Origin: Paramecium tetraurelia
Lineage: Eukaryota
DNA length: 64,000 nucleotides
Reading direction: 5' to 3'
Assembly (NCBI GenBank): GCA_000165425.1
Contig: CT868496.1
Location: 248,001 to 312,000, forward strand
The translations under genes were made by a program, and so were the position numbers. Under the pieces are notes generated by a model. It worked only from the letters and a program-made list of their open reading frames with translations, was not told the DNA's origin and made no database searches. This document shows positions 41,150 through 54,565 of the stretch, piece after piece (position 1 is the first letter of the stretch; every line of letters begins with the position of its first letter).

Positions 41150-41564
41150 CAAAATTATAATTTTTGCAATTCAATTATTCAGTCCTTCATATTATTTTAT
41201 TGTCATCAAGTTCTCTGTTAGAATCAAACGATATAGTATTAATCTTAGTTTCTTATGTTCTTCTTATTTGATTCAAAAGACCTAATTTATCACATCGATT
41301 CCAATTTGCTTTTAGTTTTTTATTTCTTCCTTTTAGCAGCGAACTCCTATACCAAATCTTCCTATCATAATTTAGTGGTTTACATATTCTTTTTCTAAAT
41401 GTGAAGCTATTTATTAAGGATAGATATTTTTTCATCCATTTTGATTCCGATAGTTTTAAATAGACAACTTTAATTGTTATTAAATCTAAACTTAAGTGAT
41501 ATTGACTTAAATTGCAATTATTGTGATTTACAACAAACCTTGAAGATAAAGGCGAATTTTGCAT
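41150..41564 (-). pseudogene. Probable decayed gene or small hypothetical ORF
   Basis: An ORF starts MQNSPLSSRF, but the most coding-like peptide switches between frames that contain TGAs. Confidence 0.3.
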
Positions 41565-41710
41565 CTAATTTATATTATGTAATGATAACGTTATTTTATA
41601 ATAAAATGCACTATATTTTTAATATTGTTAAGTCATATAGTTATTTAAATTATTCCCATAAAATCAATCTAATCTTATTAAATAATTAAACACTTTTACA
41701 CCTATTCGAA

Positions 41711-42661
41711 ATGTCAGATGAAATAATTGAAAATAATGACAATGTGGCTAAATAAATTATCATGGACGATGGACACGAGTTTGTAAATTCATCAGACTAA
41801 AGATTACCAAGTATGATAAGTCAAAGTCATATACCTCTACCATTTTAAGGAGAAGAATTCACACCTACCAATACCGATTAATTTTTAAATACTACAATTC
41901 CTCAAGGGACTATATTAGAGTGTGACGTGAAAATAGTCAAAGGATGGTTTGGTTGCCATTTAGCATACAATTTTTATCATTCAAAAACCCAAAAACTATT
42001 ACTTTCGGTTAAAAAATCTAAATGTACAGGTAGCCATCGATTTTATTTGAGCAAATCAGAAACTGAACTTGATGTTGTCGGAACGTTAGAGTAATATTTT
42101 AATCATATTTTTAGGTCTAATTTTAGTGGCACCTAATTCATATTGTATTCAAAGGGGTTATCTTACAAGAATTCAAATGAAAAAAACAATTTAAGAAAAG
42201 AACTTGCATTCATTCATTATGAGTACTAATTATTAAAAACGAGAAGTAATTTTTTATATATATTCCTAGAAGGAAACCTTTTTAAGGCTTATATTCCTTC
42301 TTTAAAAGATGGCCAACCCACATAAATCATTCCTACAGATGAAAATACAGGATTGAAAATCAAAAGTAGATTTATAAATAAACGTAATCAAGAATATTTT
42401 GAATTTCGAACTCAAGAGCCTATTTGGAATTAAAAATATTAATCCTTTACACTTCCATTTAATTCTAGAGTAAATAGCGCGTCTGTTCATAATTTTTTGC
42501 TTAAGTAATCAAATGATGATGGCAAATTAAATAAAGATGTAGCAATTTAGTTTGGAAGATTTGATGAAAAGATCCTAAACATAGATATTGCCTATCCCTT
42601 TACTCCATTACAAGCTTTCTCAATCGTCATCAGCTAATTGGATAATAAATTACTAATCTGA
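41711..42661 (+). CDS. Tubby-like protein
   Basis: VGTLE/SNFSGTQF, EPIWNQKYQSFTLPFNSRVNSASVHNF and QFGRFDEKILNIDIAYPFTPLQAFSIVISQLDNKL. One intron near 42092-42115. Confidence 0.93.
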
Positions 42662-42699
42662 ACTCTTTTAATTTATGTTTATATAAAAATATTTGAAAA

Positions 42700-45050
42700 A
42701 TATAAGATTTGTTGTTCATCAAAAGTCAAAAACGTGTATGAAATAAGGAAATATTGAGAAGTCATTCGTAAAATTATTTAGTTTAATATGAAGTCTTTGG
42801 CTTTCCTATTATTTTGGTAAACTTAGAAATTAATTTGAATATCAGAGAAACAAAAATTATCCAAATTAACAATAGTATAAATGACTATGTCATGCTATTT
42901 AGTAAATAAAATATTATAGAACAGTAGAATAAATTTTTAATGATTATTTTGCTTTTTGTTTACAACAGCTATCAAAAATCGTCAATAAAGACCAATCCTA
43001 TTAATAAAATTTAGTATATTGCTTTGAATAGTCTGATATTTCTGTTTGTGCAATTATTTATATACAAAAAATTTTGAATAAATATGTATATAGAGCTGCC
43101 AAAAATTTTCAAAACTGATTGTAACAGTTGTTTTATAAAATCTAATACAATTATTCAGTTAATTTTAAGAATAATTCAATTTATAAAAGATCAATTTAAA
43201 AATAAATAATGTGTCATTTATTATATAATTTATTAATGATGATGAATTTACATTCCTATCAGGTTGAGTTGCCAGCCCTACAAGAAAATGATTAGTAAGC
43301 TGACAAATATTCTTATACCTCAACTTATGAATTTTAAGTTTGTTCAAAGATCCACTAAGTTGATCCTTTAAGAAGCTAAAATTACGCATCAATTATCATA
43401 TATTATTATGGCCAGATCCAAACACTATATAAATTAATTTTCTTCAATAAAAATCTATTGTAATTTAATTAAAGAATTACTTGATAGGTGCAATCTTTTA
43501 TTAAAAATAGAAACACTTTTTCAAAATCTAACCAAAATTTATAAGGCATAGAAAACAAAAATAGAGGATGATTTTGAAATATTTTAGACATAATACAATA
43601 GATGATTGCTAAAATATAGAAAATATTTAGAGTCACAGATATGATAATTTCTTTCCTTGTTATTTTTTTAAATAATTATATCTGATCAAACTTAGAAAAT
43701 GTAATTTTATTTTTAAAATAAATATAGTATATTGATATTATTTAATCTATTCTAACAATATAAATAACTACATAAAATACAGAAAACTAATGAATCATTT
43801 AATTATAATTAATTTTCCATTATGTCATCTATTTTAATATTATTGAAGGCTCTAAATGAATAAACTAAAATATTAAAATTAATTTAATATTTTGGACTCA
43901 TTTGATTCAAAATAACATTCATTTATCCTTAGAACTAGATTTATTTATTAAATTTGTGGGTATTCTAAGTCGATATTTTTAAAAATAATTTTATGGATAT
44001 CTGAATAATTAAATTTAAAGGTCTCTCAATAAATTAAAAAATTTCATTCTATGTTGATTTGTATATGAAGGCAGATACAAGTTATTATTCTATTTTATAT
44101 TTGATTCGACTATGTTATTTATGAAATTTCTCACTAAAATATAAGAAGAATTATTTAAAATTATTGATTAAAGAAACAGTGAAATTTATTTTACAGAAAT
44201 ATATAAATCAAATTTCTTACTTGAAATTTATTAAGGTTATCAACTTTCTGTAGTTGTTATTACAATAATAATTTTATATTGAGAAAATATCGCCAATATT
44301 GGTGACTAATTTAGTATTTGGAAGAATTTTTATGCAATTAAAATCTAATTCTTTAGTCAATTATTCATATTCGAAATTTTTGATAATTAATGCAATGCGA
44401 ATTAACACATATTAAAATGATTTCGATTGAAATTCTTAATCGTTTCGAATTTTTTATGGGAATTTTAGATTATTTACAATTGTATCAAATTCAATTAGAA
44501 AATTAGTGATCTGATTCATTTGATATAAATATTAAAAAATTTAAAGTAAGGAATCTAGATCATCAAAGTTTATCATTATGTTTATTTGGATTATAATTGA
44601 AGAATCTCTAGGAAGCCAATAATAAAATCAAGTTAATGAAATATAAATTTTAGGAAATAAAGTTCTACTTTTGTTTTAATGTTATATCTCCAATATAGTT
44701 TGATCACAAAAGATAAAGAAGTTAATGAATGATTCCTTATATAACTATATGTAAATTAATAAATTTCTGTTTTTTACTCGTTAGAGATAGGAAATGCATT
44801 ATCTTTAATAGTCACAGAGCTGATATAAATAAACACTTATCAGTTAAAAAAAATGGAATGGAATGGAAGAATTAAAAAATTAAGGTTAAAAATTAGGACT
44901 CATTATATTGATAACTTTCGAACAATTAATATTACCAAAGAAAAACTATTTTGGATTTTGCTTAATTTCCATATAATTAGTATCTGTTTTTTTTAATAGA
45001 ATAAATTTTCAATTCAATGAATACTTTTTTAAAAGCTATTATTTAATCAA
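42700..45050 (+). pseudogene. Long decayed coding-like region
   Basis: About 2.4 kb with no intact gene found in an otherwise tightly packed window. The sampled stretches are short coding-like runs broken by TGA and frameshifts. Confidence 0.4.
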
Positions 45051-45153
45051 TATACATGGCTAAAGATCAACCTTTAATTTTTATCTTTTGGGAAATTTAA
45101 TTTTAAATGTTATGTCGTTCAAAGAAAATTATTTAAATAAATTAATTAAATCT

Positions 45154-46434
45154 TCATTCTTAATCGTCCTCTTCTAACATTTCACAAAATTTCAATGCTC
45201 CCTCTGTCAACTCTTCATAGTCTTTGCTAAGAGCTGCTAAATCTTCTCTACATTCAGACATCTCCCCTGATTCACAACCTTCTCCAACAAACCAATGAAC
45301 AAATGCTCTTTTAGCATAGACATAATCATACTTCTTACCAAGCAGTTCAAAGTAATTGAACAAGGAAGCATCATTTGAAAGAAATATACCAGTTTGCTTC
45401 AATTGTGCAAGTTCTGGAATAGTTGTGTAATTTGCAGATAAACATTCAAACACATTAGGACTGTCCTAATTTTTAATTTTCATCTTTTAAAGAGTCAAAT
45501 CTTATTAACCAAAAAATTGATTATGATATTTAGACCGATGTACTAAAGATGCACAAATGTGTTCAGGATGTATTTCTGATTGAAATAACCTTAAAGACTA
45601 TTTTGTTATTTATGATATAAGTTATTTTTCAGTTAACTCCTTATTATTATAATCATTAATAGAGGCTAATGGTCCATATGAAGGAATTACAAAATGAACT
45701 CTTGGATAAGGGCAAAGCCCAGTAAATAATTTACTATTGTCAATATTACAAAATCTTCTTAAACCAGTGTAAGAACTAATTATTTGGGATACTAAATTAT
45801 TTAAGTGAGTATAATCAACATAGTCCAAGCCAATCTGTTCATCTATGGATTTATACATAGATTCATTATCCAACATAACGACTGAATCACAATGTTCTAT
45901 TGTCACATGAGTTGCTAGAACAGCATTAAAAGCATCCACTGTATTATTAGATATTTCTTTAGATGGATAAATTAAGAATGCATTTTTATCTACCTTGGCT
46001 CCATATTCAACAGATAATCTTTCTAAAAGCAAAGAAGTAAAACCTGATCCTGTTCCACCACTTAAAGCAGAGGTAATAATAAATTAATCTATTCGGTCTA
46101 CGCTTTCCACTTGCTTTCTAATATTATCTAAACATTTATCAACTATTTCCTTTCCAATTGTATAATGTGCCCTACAATAGTTGTTTGCTGCATCTTCCTT
46201 GCCTGTAACAAAAGAGTTAGTTTTATAATTTATTAATTTATTCTTTTTGACTTCGTTTACCATTCGATCATCTAAATCCATAAACAGAGTTAATGGAAAA
46301 TAATTAGTCTCATTTTCATTGTAAATGTAACTCTTGACATTTGTTTCAGTTTATTCCTTTTAATAAAGTTTCCAAAGTTCATTCCCTATCATAACTCCAG
46401 CTCCCCCTATGTGAAGATGAATAGCAGAACACAT
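45154..46434 (-). CDS. Divergent alpha-like tubulin (ciliate kappa/iota/ALT type)
   Basis: Intronless 426 aa. HIGGAGVMIG, GKEDAANNY, HYTIGKE, SGGTGSG, LLERLSVEYG, LDNES, PYPRVHF, KRAFVHWFVGEG and REDLAAL, with an acidic tail LEEDDQE. Confidence 0.93.
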
Positions 46435-47593
46435 TATAAATAAAATAAATATTGAATGATAATCTTAAAACAATTAAAATTTCAGATATTAGGGATGCTT
46501 GAATAATTATTTAATACTATAGTTGTTTTTAGAATACCAATAAACTTCTTATTTTTATTGATTTTTAAAACCTCTTTAATTTTTTACTTTTTGTTTGTCA
46601 TGATTAAAATCCTCTAAATATTAGATGGTCAAATTTATTTAGCAGCTCCAATATAATAAAAAAGAGGAAGGATTTGATGTTTTTTAAACTTATACTTTGG
46701 ATAAAGTTTGAATTGTAAATTTGATTTAAATCTCCACCTCCTACATTCTTAATATCTAGATTACTTAGTTTATTTATAAATTATTTAGTCTTATTTGTAA
46801 AAAGCCACTCCAACCAAGTTTTCTCTTTTAAATGACTAATTTAGATGATGAATCACTCTCTTCGTTCATCAATATTGATTTTTGACTCGACATATACATA
46901 ATTTTATTAAATCAAAGAAATTTTATGTGAAATTCTTGGATATCAATTCAATAAGCTCTATTTTTCGTTATAGAACTTTTAAGTAAGTAAATGTTGAGAA
47001 TAACAAATTATTAAATTATGATTTATTCTTAAGGTTTTACTTTGATATTTCTGGTTTATAGATGCTGAATATACCCAGATTTTTTACGATATGTTCTATT
47101 TAAATATAAGATATAACATATATTCAGTTATTCCCTCTAATTTTATTAGGATTAAATAGTTAAAAAGTTTTTGAACAGATTTCATTGGGTGAAAAATACT
47201 ATTACTATCTTTATTGTAATTTTCAATTATGAGTAATCAGATCCTATTGACATTGGTTATGCCATCAATTTTACTTGAAATGATCTTAATTATTATTCTA
47301 GACATTAAAATAGAAAATTATCCGAATTTATGAAATTCAACATTTAGTTTACAAATTAAAAAGGAATAATTATTTATGAGTAAATGCAGAATAGAATTAA
47401 TCATATCAACTTTATAAATGGCTTCTGATATTTCTTGAAATGATAGATCTCAAAGATTAAAAAAATAAATCAAATTAATATTGATTAAAGGGAATATTTC
47501 TGGAAATTCTTTTTATTTTAAATTATCGACTAAAAGAAATTATAAAAGGAGTTAATATTTTTATTTGTCAATGGTATTAAATATAATCACTCA

Positions 47594-50500
47594 TCACGTT
47601 AAATATTTATTTATCTTTTAATGTTCAACTTTTTTCTACCATATAGTTGAAACAAGCTTGACATCTCCTTCACATTTTCCTAAAATGGATGGTGTTTTCA
47701 CTTCCTTTACAGTAGATCCGTAAAACTCATCTGATATCAAAATGGCAAAAGATTATGCTTGGGAAATTTCTTCTGAATTTTAGGAAGCATAATCAAATCT
47801 ACCTCTTAAATCAGTATAACCATCCTTATAGAAATAACATTCTTAAGTTTTCTATTTTACATAGACTTTCACGTAAACTTTTGACAAATACTTTCCATTT
47901 TAATCACACACTTTTAATTAACCACAATTTTCCATAATATTGACAACTAATCTATTTGAAGAATAGCTTTAGAAACATTTCTTATGAATACCATTAACCT
48001 AGATAAATAGATTATGCTTTTAGATGTGCAATGGGATTTCTATAACTTTCTTATATATTCTAAAATATAAAATATTAATTACATTCCTTCTTTTTCATTT
48101 TCTAATTTCAATTTAATTTCATGATATGATTTTATAATTTAATAGTCTTTGCTTTTATTTAATTAAAACGGATCAATAGAAAATACTACTTCTTAATTCA
48201 AATTATAAAACATGATTGTAGCTTGGCTGAGATTTGAATAAGAAAGCATTATGTTAGTTCCTTAAATGTGGCATGATAACGTTTCCTCCTTTAAGACTAA
48301 TTACTTCAACTATTAATGTTAATCTTTATCTAATCCAACTTCTTTTTGATCATCATCACCATCAAATTCAGCTAATAAATTAGCGATTTCATAAAACAAA
48401 TTTCTCCAATAAATAACAGGATAATTCAAATATTTTTCACAAATTCTTCTAGCTTCTTGAAAATTAGGATAACCAACATAAAAGTCAAAATAAGCTTTAA
48501 AATAATCATATTGCAATTCGGAATTGTCAGCATTTTTAGGCACTTATATAGAGTTCAGCACTTTTACAGCTTCTGTTATTCTTTCTTACAATATGAGGTA
48601 ATAGGAGAATCCCAATTTATCTTAAATCGAGTGAACTGGTTTTTCAATTAAATACTATAGATAATCTTTATATTGTTTCCTGAGATCAACGTTAAGAATT
48701 CCTTATTCATCTTATTTAAGTTTATGAATACGCTTTGTAATTAATGGATAATACTCAAGCATTTTAATGTTTTTGATCTCAAAAAGAGAGCATTTGAAAT
48801 ATTTAATGGAATTAAATTTATCAATAATATGCTTTTGCTAGAAAAATTCCTTTAAGCCTTCAAAATCTGCATGGTAAACAGCATAATTAAGGATTTAGGA
48901 GTCTTAAAATTTCTTTGCCTTATATATATTTAGAACTTTCAAATAAAAGTCTTTATCCTCATATAGATGGACTATTTGAGATGATTTAAACACTTTTTCA
49001 TCAAATATATTTTTGCTTTCCAAGAATTTTAAAATATTAGTCTTATTTCCAGTCCCTAATATGTCTTCTATTACCTCTAAATTAGGATTGGCTTTAAAAT
49101 CAACCACATTAAATTCTTGAGGTGTTGCTATAGCTACCACTTTATCAAAAATAGTCAAGCAGGCAGGATGAATAGAAAATGTGCCTTTTTTTGGAAAATA
49201 CCAGTAATATGTATATCTAGCAGTAGATAATGAATTGCAAGATATGTTAATTTATTTTGAATAAAAGGGTGAGATTATTGGAATTGCACCATTTGGTATT
49301 TCGACGAAGATTTAAGTACTAATATCATCATTGGAGAAATTGGAAATGATTATTAATGATCCATAAATATGATTTGTTAAAAATTCTTATGATGATAAAA
49401 ATTCCTTTTTTCTATTTTGCTAGTCAAAGAATAGTTATGTTATAAGAATATCATTTCTTAACTAGATATCTATTTCTTTAATTTCTTAACTATAATAAAT
49501 TAAATTAGATTCCGATACAATTTACATGCCTTTTTCTTAGAATTAATAATACTATTATTTTACATTTTAGAAAGGCAGATCTAAAATAGAAAGAATAAAA
49601 ACGAATTCAGAAAATGTATCGTAATGAATAATTTCAGAAGTAATAAAAGAAGATTTATTTAAAATTCCTTCATTCATTGTGTACTTAGCCAACTCTATAA
49701 AAAATTTATTTAACCTTACTGGTACAATTTAATCTTTATAATAATAGGAATGTCGTTCCCCATACTCTTTTGTTTTTTCAACGTTTTTATAATTTTAAAT
49801 ATATTGTTATCTCTATTCGTTATAGTGCTCATCGTCACTTGAATCATCACTGAAATCATTATCTTTTCTACCTAATGCTACTTTTCTCTAGCACAACTAT
49901 TGCAATAAGCCGATTTTGTCTTCTACTATATTTTTTGATTTAAGAATTCCAAACAATGATTTTTTTGTGGTAGTAGTTGAAGTGGAGAAAGGATTTGAGG
50001 GAGGAGGTGGAGGAGGCATTGATCCTCCTGGTGGAGGTGGTGGAGGAGGTGGAGGAGGCATTAATCCTCCAAACCTAAAGCCTGTTGATGAGGTTGGATA
50101 TAAATGTGGTGGTGGGGGGGGTGGAGGAGGTCTATTTTAATGCATCCCTCCTAAATTTGGGGGTTAAAATGGATTGGTTGGGTTATTATTGTTATTATTA
50201 TTATTGTTTTTCATTTCCTTAGCCTCTTGAGAAGTTAAAACAGTGTCGAAAAGGCGTTAAGCTTAAATTTAATCAAATGGGAGAATATCATGATTTTATT
50301 GCAAATAAGAATATATATTTTTAGAGAGAGTATAATTTTGTATTATTTCCTAAGAATAAACCAGTAATAAAATTTATTCGATTGTGTTTAAAGAGTTAAA
50401 AGTGTAAATTGAGAGATACCTTTCTAATTCTGCATCATTTTAACATAAAAAATGATCAACTACATTTTTTTCAATTTTACACCTAATGTAATTTTTAACA

Positions 50501-53500
50501 TAAACCTCAAAGTAGGGGGAGTCTTTGAAAAATAAAAATAAATTTAACTCATCACTTTAGTATTCATTATAGAGTTAGTGTTTTTGTTCTAATGTTTTTA
50601 AATTCCATTTTATTAGAAATTCCCAATTTAGTAGATCTTTTTCTCTCAAATTTTTTCCATTATTATTTAATGATACTAATTCTCTATATACTTTTTCTAG
50701 AGAATCGATAATCTTTATTTAAGTGGCTGTTACATCATTAATGTAGATACTTTCTCCCTTTTTAAATGCTTAAGAATTCCTAGAGATATTATAACATTTA
50801 TCTTTTTTAAGATTTGTTTGATGTTCAAGGCTTCTTGTGCTAATTCCACACTAAGCTAATAAGACTTATTAGTGGGCATAATTATAATCATTTACAGCAA
50901 AAAGAGTAATTTGAGAATAGCTATTAGGAATTTATAAAGAGAATTCTTTGCCTTCTTTGTCATCATTGCTTCCATTCAATTCTAGCGTAATTAATTTTCC
51001 AGGGAATTTCAAAAAATCCAATTTACAGAAAATTGAGATCATATTTAAATCTTCTCCTGAATAGTCTTTGTTTTATGCCCTAAGATCTGAACAAGGAAGA
51101 CACTGATTATTTGATGGGCTACATTTTTCTTCATTTAGCAATTCCCTTTCGTTTATACACTCTCTGATACATTATCTGTTAAGTAATAGTTGAGGTTTCT
51201 CTAAAGTATTGCCAATAAATGTTTCCTGTTTTTTTCTATTTTCTACATATTGTTCTTCTTCTGAAATTTTAGTGTTTTATTTCACTTCAACTTAGTTTTT
51301 AAACATTTGGAATTCCTCTTTCTTCTCAGGTTATAGTATATTTTTCATTTGTTGTATAATAATATTGGGTTATTTATAAAATGTTTCAACTAGTGCAAAA
51401 AGAATTACTGGGCGGTTTGAACATATTGATCCAGTAATCTTCACGCTTGACTCTTCATGTATTTTTTTTATATTTTAAATTGAAATTAGATGATTTAATT
51501 ATTAGTCTAGTATTAATTTATCGTCGTTTATAAATCCATCAATATCATTTTTAGGTTTTCCTTTAAAAATTTATATTTAAGTTACTTTAGGGTTATTATC
51601 AACCATTAATTATAACTCATAATTTCCGGGTTCAGTTAAAGTAAAGCTTAACTTATTGTTTTCTAAAACACAAGTTTATGAGAAATAGTCAATTATTTAA
51701 TTCTTATGTATTTTATATAATAGTAAATTTTCCTTTTCAATAGAAACAGGTAATGTGATAGTTTAACCTGATAATGCATTTATTTGATTTGGAATATTTT
51801 ATGTGTCTAGGTTAGAAATGATCCAATTCCTTGGGTTTTGATTTATTGCTTAAGGTTCAAGCGGCTTTGAGTTAATTTAAGTTACATTTTTCAATTAACC
51901 TAAATGTATCCTTCCCTTTTCGTCAGTTTGAAAAACTTCTGTGAATTTTTGATAATGCTGAATTAGAAATGTTAATTCTAGCTTTACATTGATTTTAGGC
52001 TCTCCAGCCTTGCCTAACACATAAATTGTATAACCCTAGTCTTCAGTTTATTATAGATACTGATTATTAAAATATTCGGTGTTATATTCCTCATCAACCA
52101 CTATTGAAATATAATCTTTTAGATCAATTATTGATTTATTTAACATACTTTAAATTTAAGCAGTAACTTAAATTCTAATCTGTTTAAATTTACTGATAGG
52201 TATATCCATTTCAAATGGCTTTCTATCTTCAAATTTTACATTATCAAATGTAAAAACAGTTGGATTCATTTCTTCATTATATATTGTAACTAAAATGATT
52301 GCATTTTTTAACAATTTCAAACTAATTACATTTTAATTTCCAAAGAGCTTTGGGAATAACAAAATTTTGGCTTAATTTCCTAAGATCATGGATTCTTCAG
52401 AGATTACTCCTCTACATTTTAACTTGTATGATTCTTATTCGATTTATATACTTTGTATATTTGCAAACCCATCATGAGTAATTATCACTTTTTGATTTTA
52501 AGTAGTATTCCCAAATGGAATCAAAATTTCCTTTCTTTCTTAATCAATCTTGTAAAATTATTTGTCCAGCCAAAGTCCTGTTGTATTGGAACAGCAAACT
52601 TCTAAATTTTCATTCAAAATTTCAAAGCAATGGCCTGAAGAAACTGTTTTTTTTTACCTTAATTAAATATTTCCTTTTTAGATTAATGCTCTTGAGACTA
52701 TGCCATTTCCATAGAACTCAATGATAAATATACCTCTTTCTTATTAACTTATTTCATGAAATTCGATTTCTTTCTCCATTTTTAATGTAGGCTTAAAATC
52801 CTTTGAGTAATCAAAAACCATCTCATTTTTAGGAATCAAGCCTTTTAGATTAAGATTTAGAAAATTCTGTGATTCGTCTTGTAAATAATAATTAAGTGTG
52901 TCAATTTAGAATAATTTGATAGATAATGAAGGAATATTCTTTAAGAAAATGCAAAGTTTAACTGATTCTCCATGTTAGAATCGTTGTAGTTTAGTTTACT
53001 AATGAAATTCAATGTATTTTTCATTCTGTAATTTAAGGACTTCATTTTCTGTTAGAATTGAATTTAAATTTGGTATATCTTTCCCCAACTATAAATACAG
53101 CAAAGCCTTTGCTTTATTCAAATAATTCTCTTCAAAATAATCTAAGATTTATTCTAAATCTAAGTCGTTTTTAATCATATATTCAAGATGTCTATAAATA
53201 ATTTGATCGTGTTCTACTGGTAGAGATATAGGATTAAATTAAATTTTGATTATCCCCATGCTATCCCTTATATTTTAATTGATACCAGGATATTCCTTTA
53301 ATGGTGTTTAAAGATATGAAATAAAGAGATGGATGTCATAATTACTTTATTTATCATCTAATTAAATCATAAATAATACTTAGACTTAATAAATTGATAA
53401 AGACTAATGATTCAAATTAAAATTATTTAGGCAGTGTCTTTTACCAATCTTAAACTTCTTGCAAATGTTCTTTATATTTCAAAGCATCAGTATGATAGAC

Positions 53501-54296
53501 ATTCTAGGAATCGAATCTTTTGGCATAGTAGTTTGTTATAAAATCTAAATTATTTTTCAAATCCTCGTAAACTTTTTAAAGCTCTTCCATTTATTATAAA
53601 CTCATGGCTGTAAAAATCGATCCTAATTGAAATTATCCTTTTATAAGTCTTTAAAATAATGGAATAACAAAATCCAAACTATATAAATATATTTAAATAC
53701 CCTTCTAATGCTTTTGAACTAGCAAGAATGTTTAAATATTCTTAAATCCAATTGTCACTACATTTCAAGATTTCTTCAAACTATAATTATCGAAGTGCAT
53801 AAACAGAAAATTTATTTAGGTTTTCAATTTAATAAGCTTTTTGTAAATATGTATTTAAAGTGACATTTTTTGGGTCCAAATTAGTTCTGTATTAACGAGA
53901 CCCTAATTATGCTTCTTTCAAAGAGTCTTATTCGTTTTAAAATTCATGTAGCTTATCTACTGGGTTGTTGAATTGGAGATACAAGTATTTATCATTGATA
54001 ATTTACATAAGCTTTTATCTTTTTATTTAATTTTCTTTGGTGTCTTCTTCTTTAGAAAGACTGTCAAACTCAAGCATGAGAGATCGAAACTCAATATTCT
54101 TAAAATTATCGGAATTAGATTTTAGATTCTTTAAAAGTGTTTTTTAATCTTCATTCAGATTGGATTGTTGTTCATTCAAGGATTTGAGGAGAGTATAATA
54201 TATATACTCTTGTGATCCTTTTACTAATGTAGAAAGAGCTTAATCCTTGGATTGAAGATGATACTTCTCTAAAAATTCTATATCGCTTTAAGACAT
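47594..54296 (-). CDS. Giant (~2,200 aa) macroglobulin-like/AbpF-like protein with polyproline insert
   Basis: N-terminus EFLEKY..ALSTLVKGSQEYIYY, then YWYFPKKGTF, QYDYFKAYFDFY..ARRICEKYLNYPVIYWRNLF and C-terminal ENCGQLKV..SKVYVKVY..FYKDGYTDLRGRFDYAS. Intron at 48060-48082, and the length implies at least one more. Confidence 0.8.
49995..50210 (-). repeat. Coding low-complexity tract: poly-Asn followed by three poly-Pro runs
   Basis: The plus strand shows (gga/ggt)n and (tta)n triplets. The minus strand reads NNNN..RPPPPPPPPH..MPPPPPPPPPPGGSMPPPPPPS. Confidence 0.92.
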
Positions 54297-54565
54297 TTGG
54301 TTCTCAATAAATATAATTGGATATATTAAAAATAAAACCACTTTATAATTCTCAAAAAATATTTTACAACTTATGGAATGATTCATTTTGTTAAGATTTT
54401 TCTAAAAGGAATTTAAATCTTCGAAAATTCTTTAAAATTGATATAATTATTAAAGCCTTTTAAAATATTAATATAATCTTTATGAGATAACTAAGAATAG
54501 AGTCAACAGATAAATTAAACAAGTTCATTTTTTCAAAGTCTAATTTTCATTAGAAATCCATTAGT

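Noticed and set aside
44853..44870. (aatgg)n micro-repeat as a telomere-like seed
   Set aside because: Only about 3 units, and not the Paramecium C4A2/C3A3 telomeric repeat.
49916..50140. Plus-strand glycine-rich ORF in the track
   Set aside because: It is the antisense shadow of the polyproline tract of the giant minus-strand gene.
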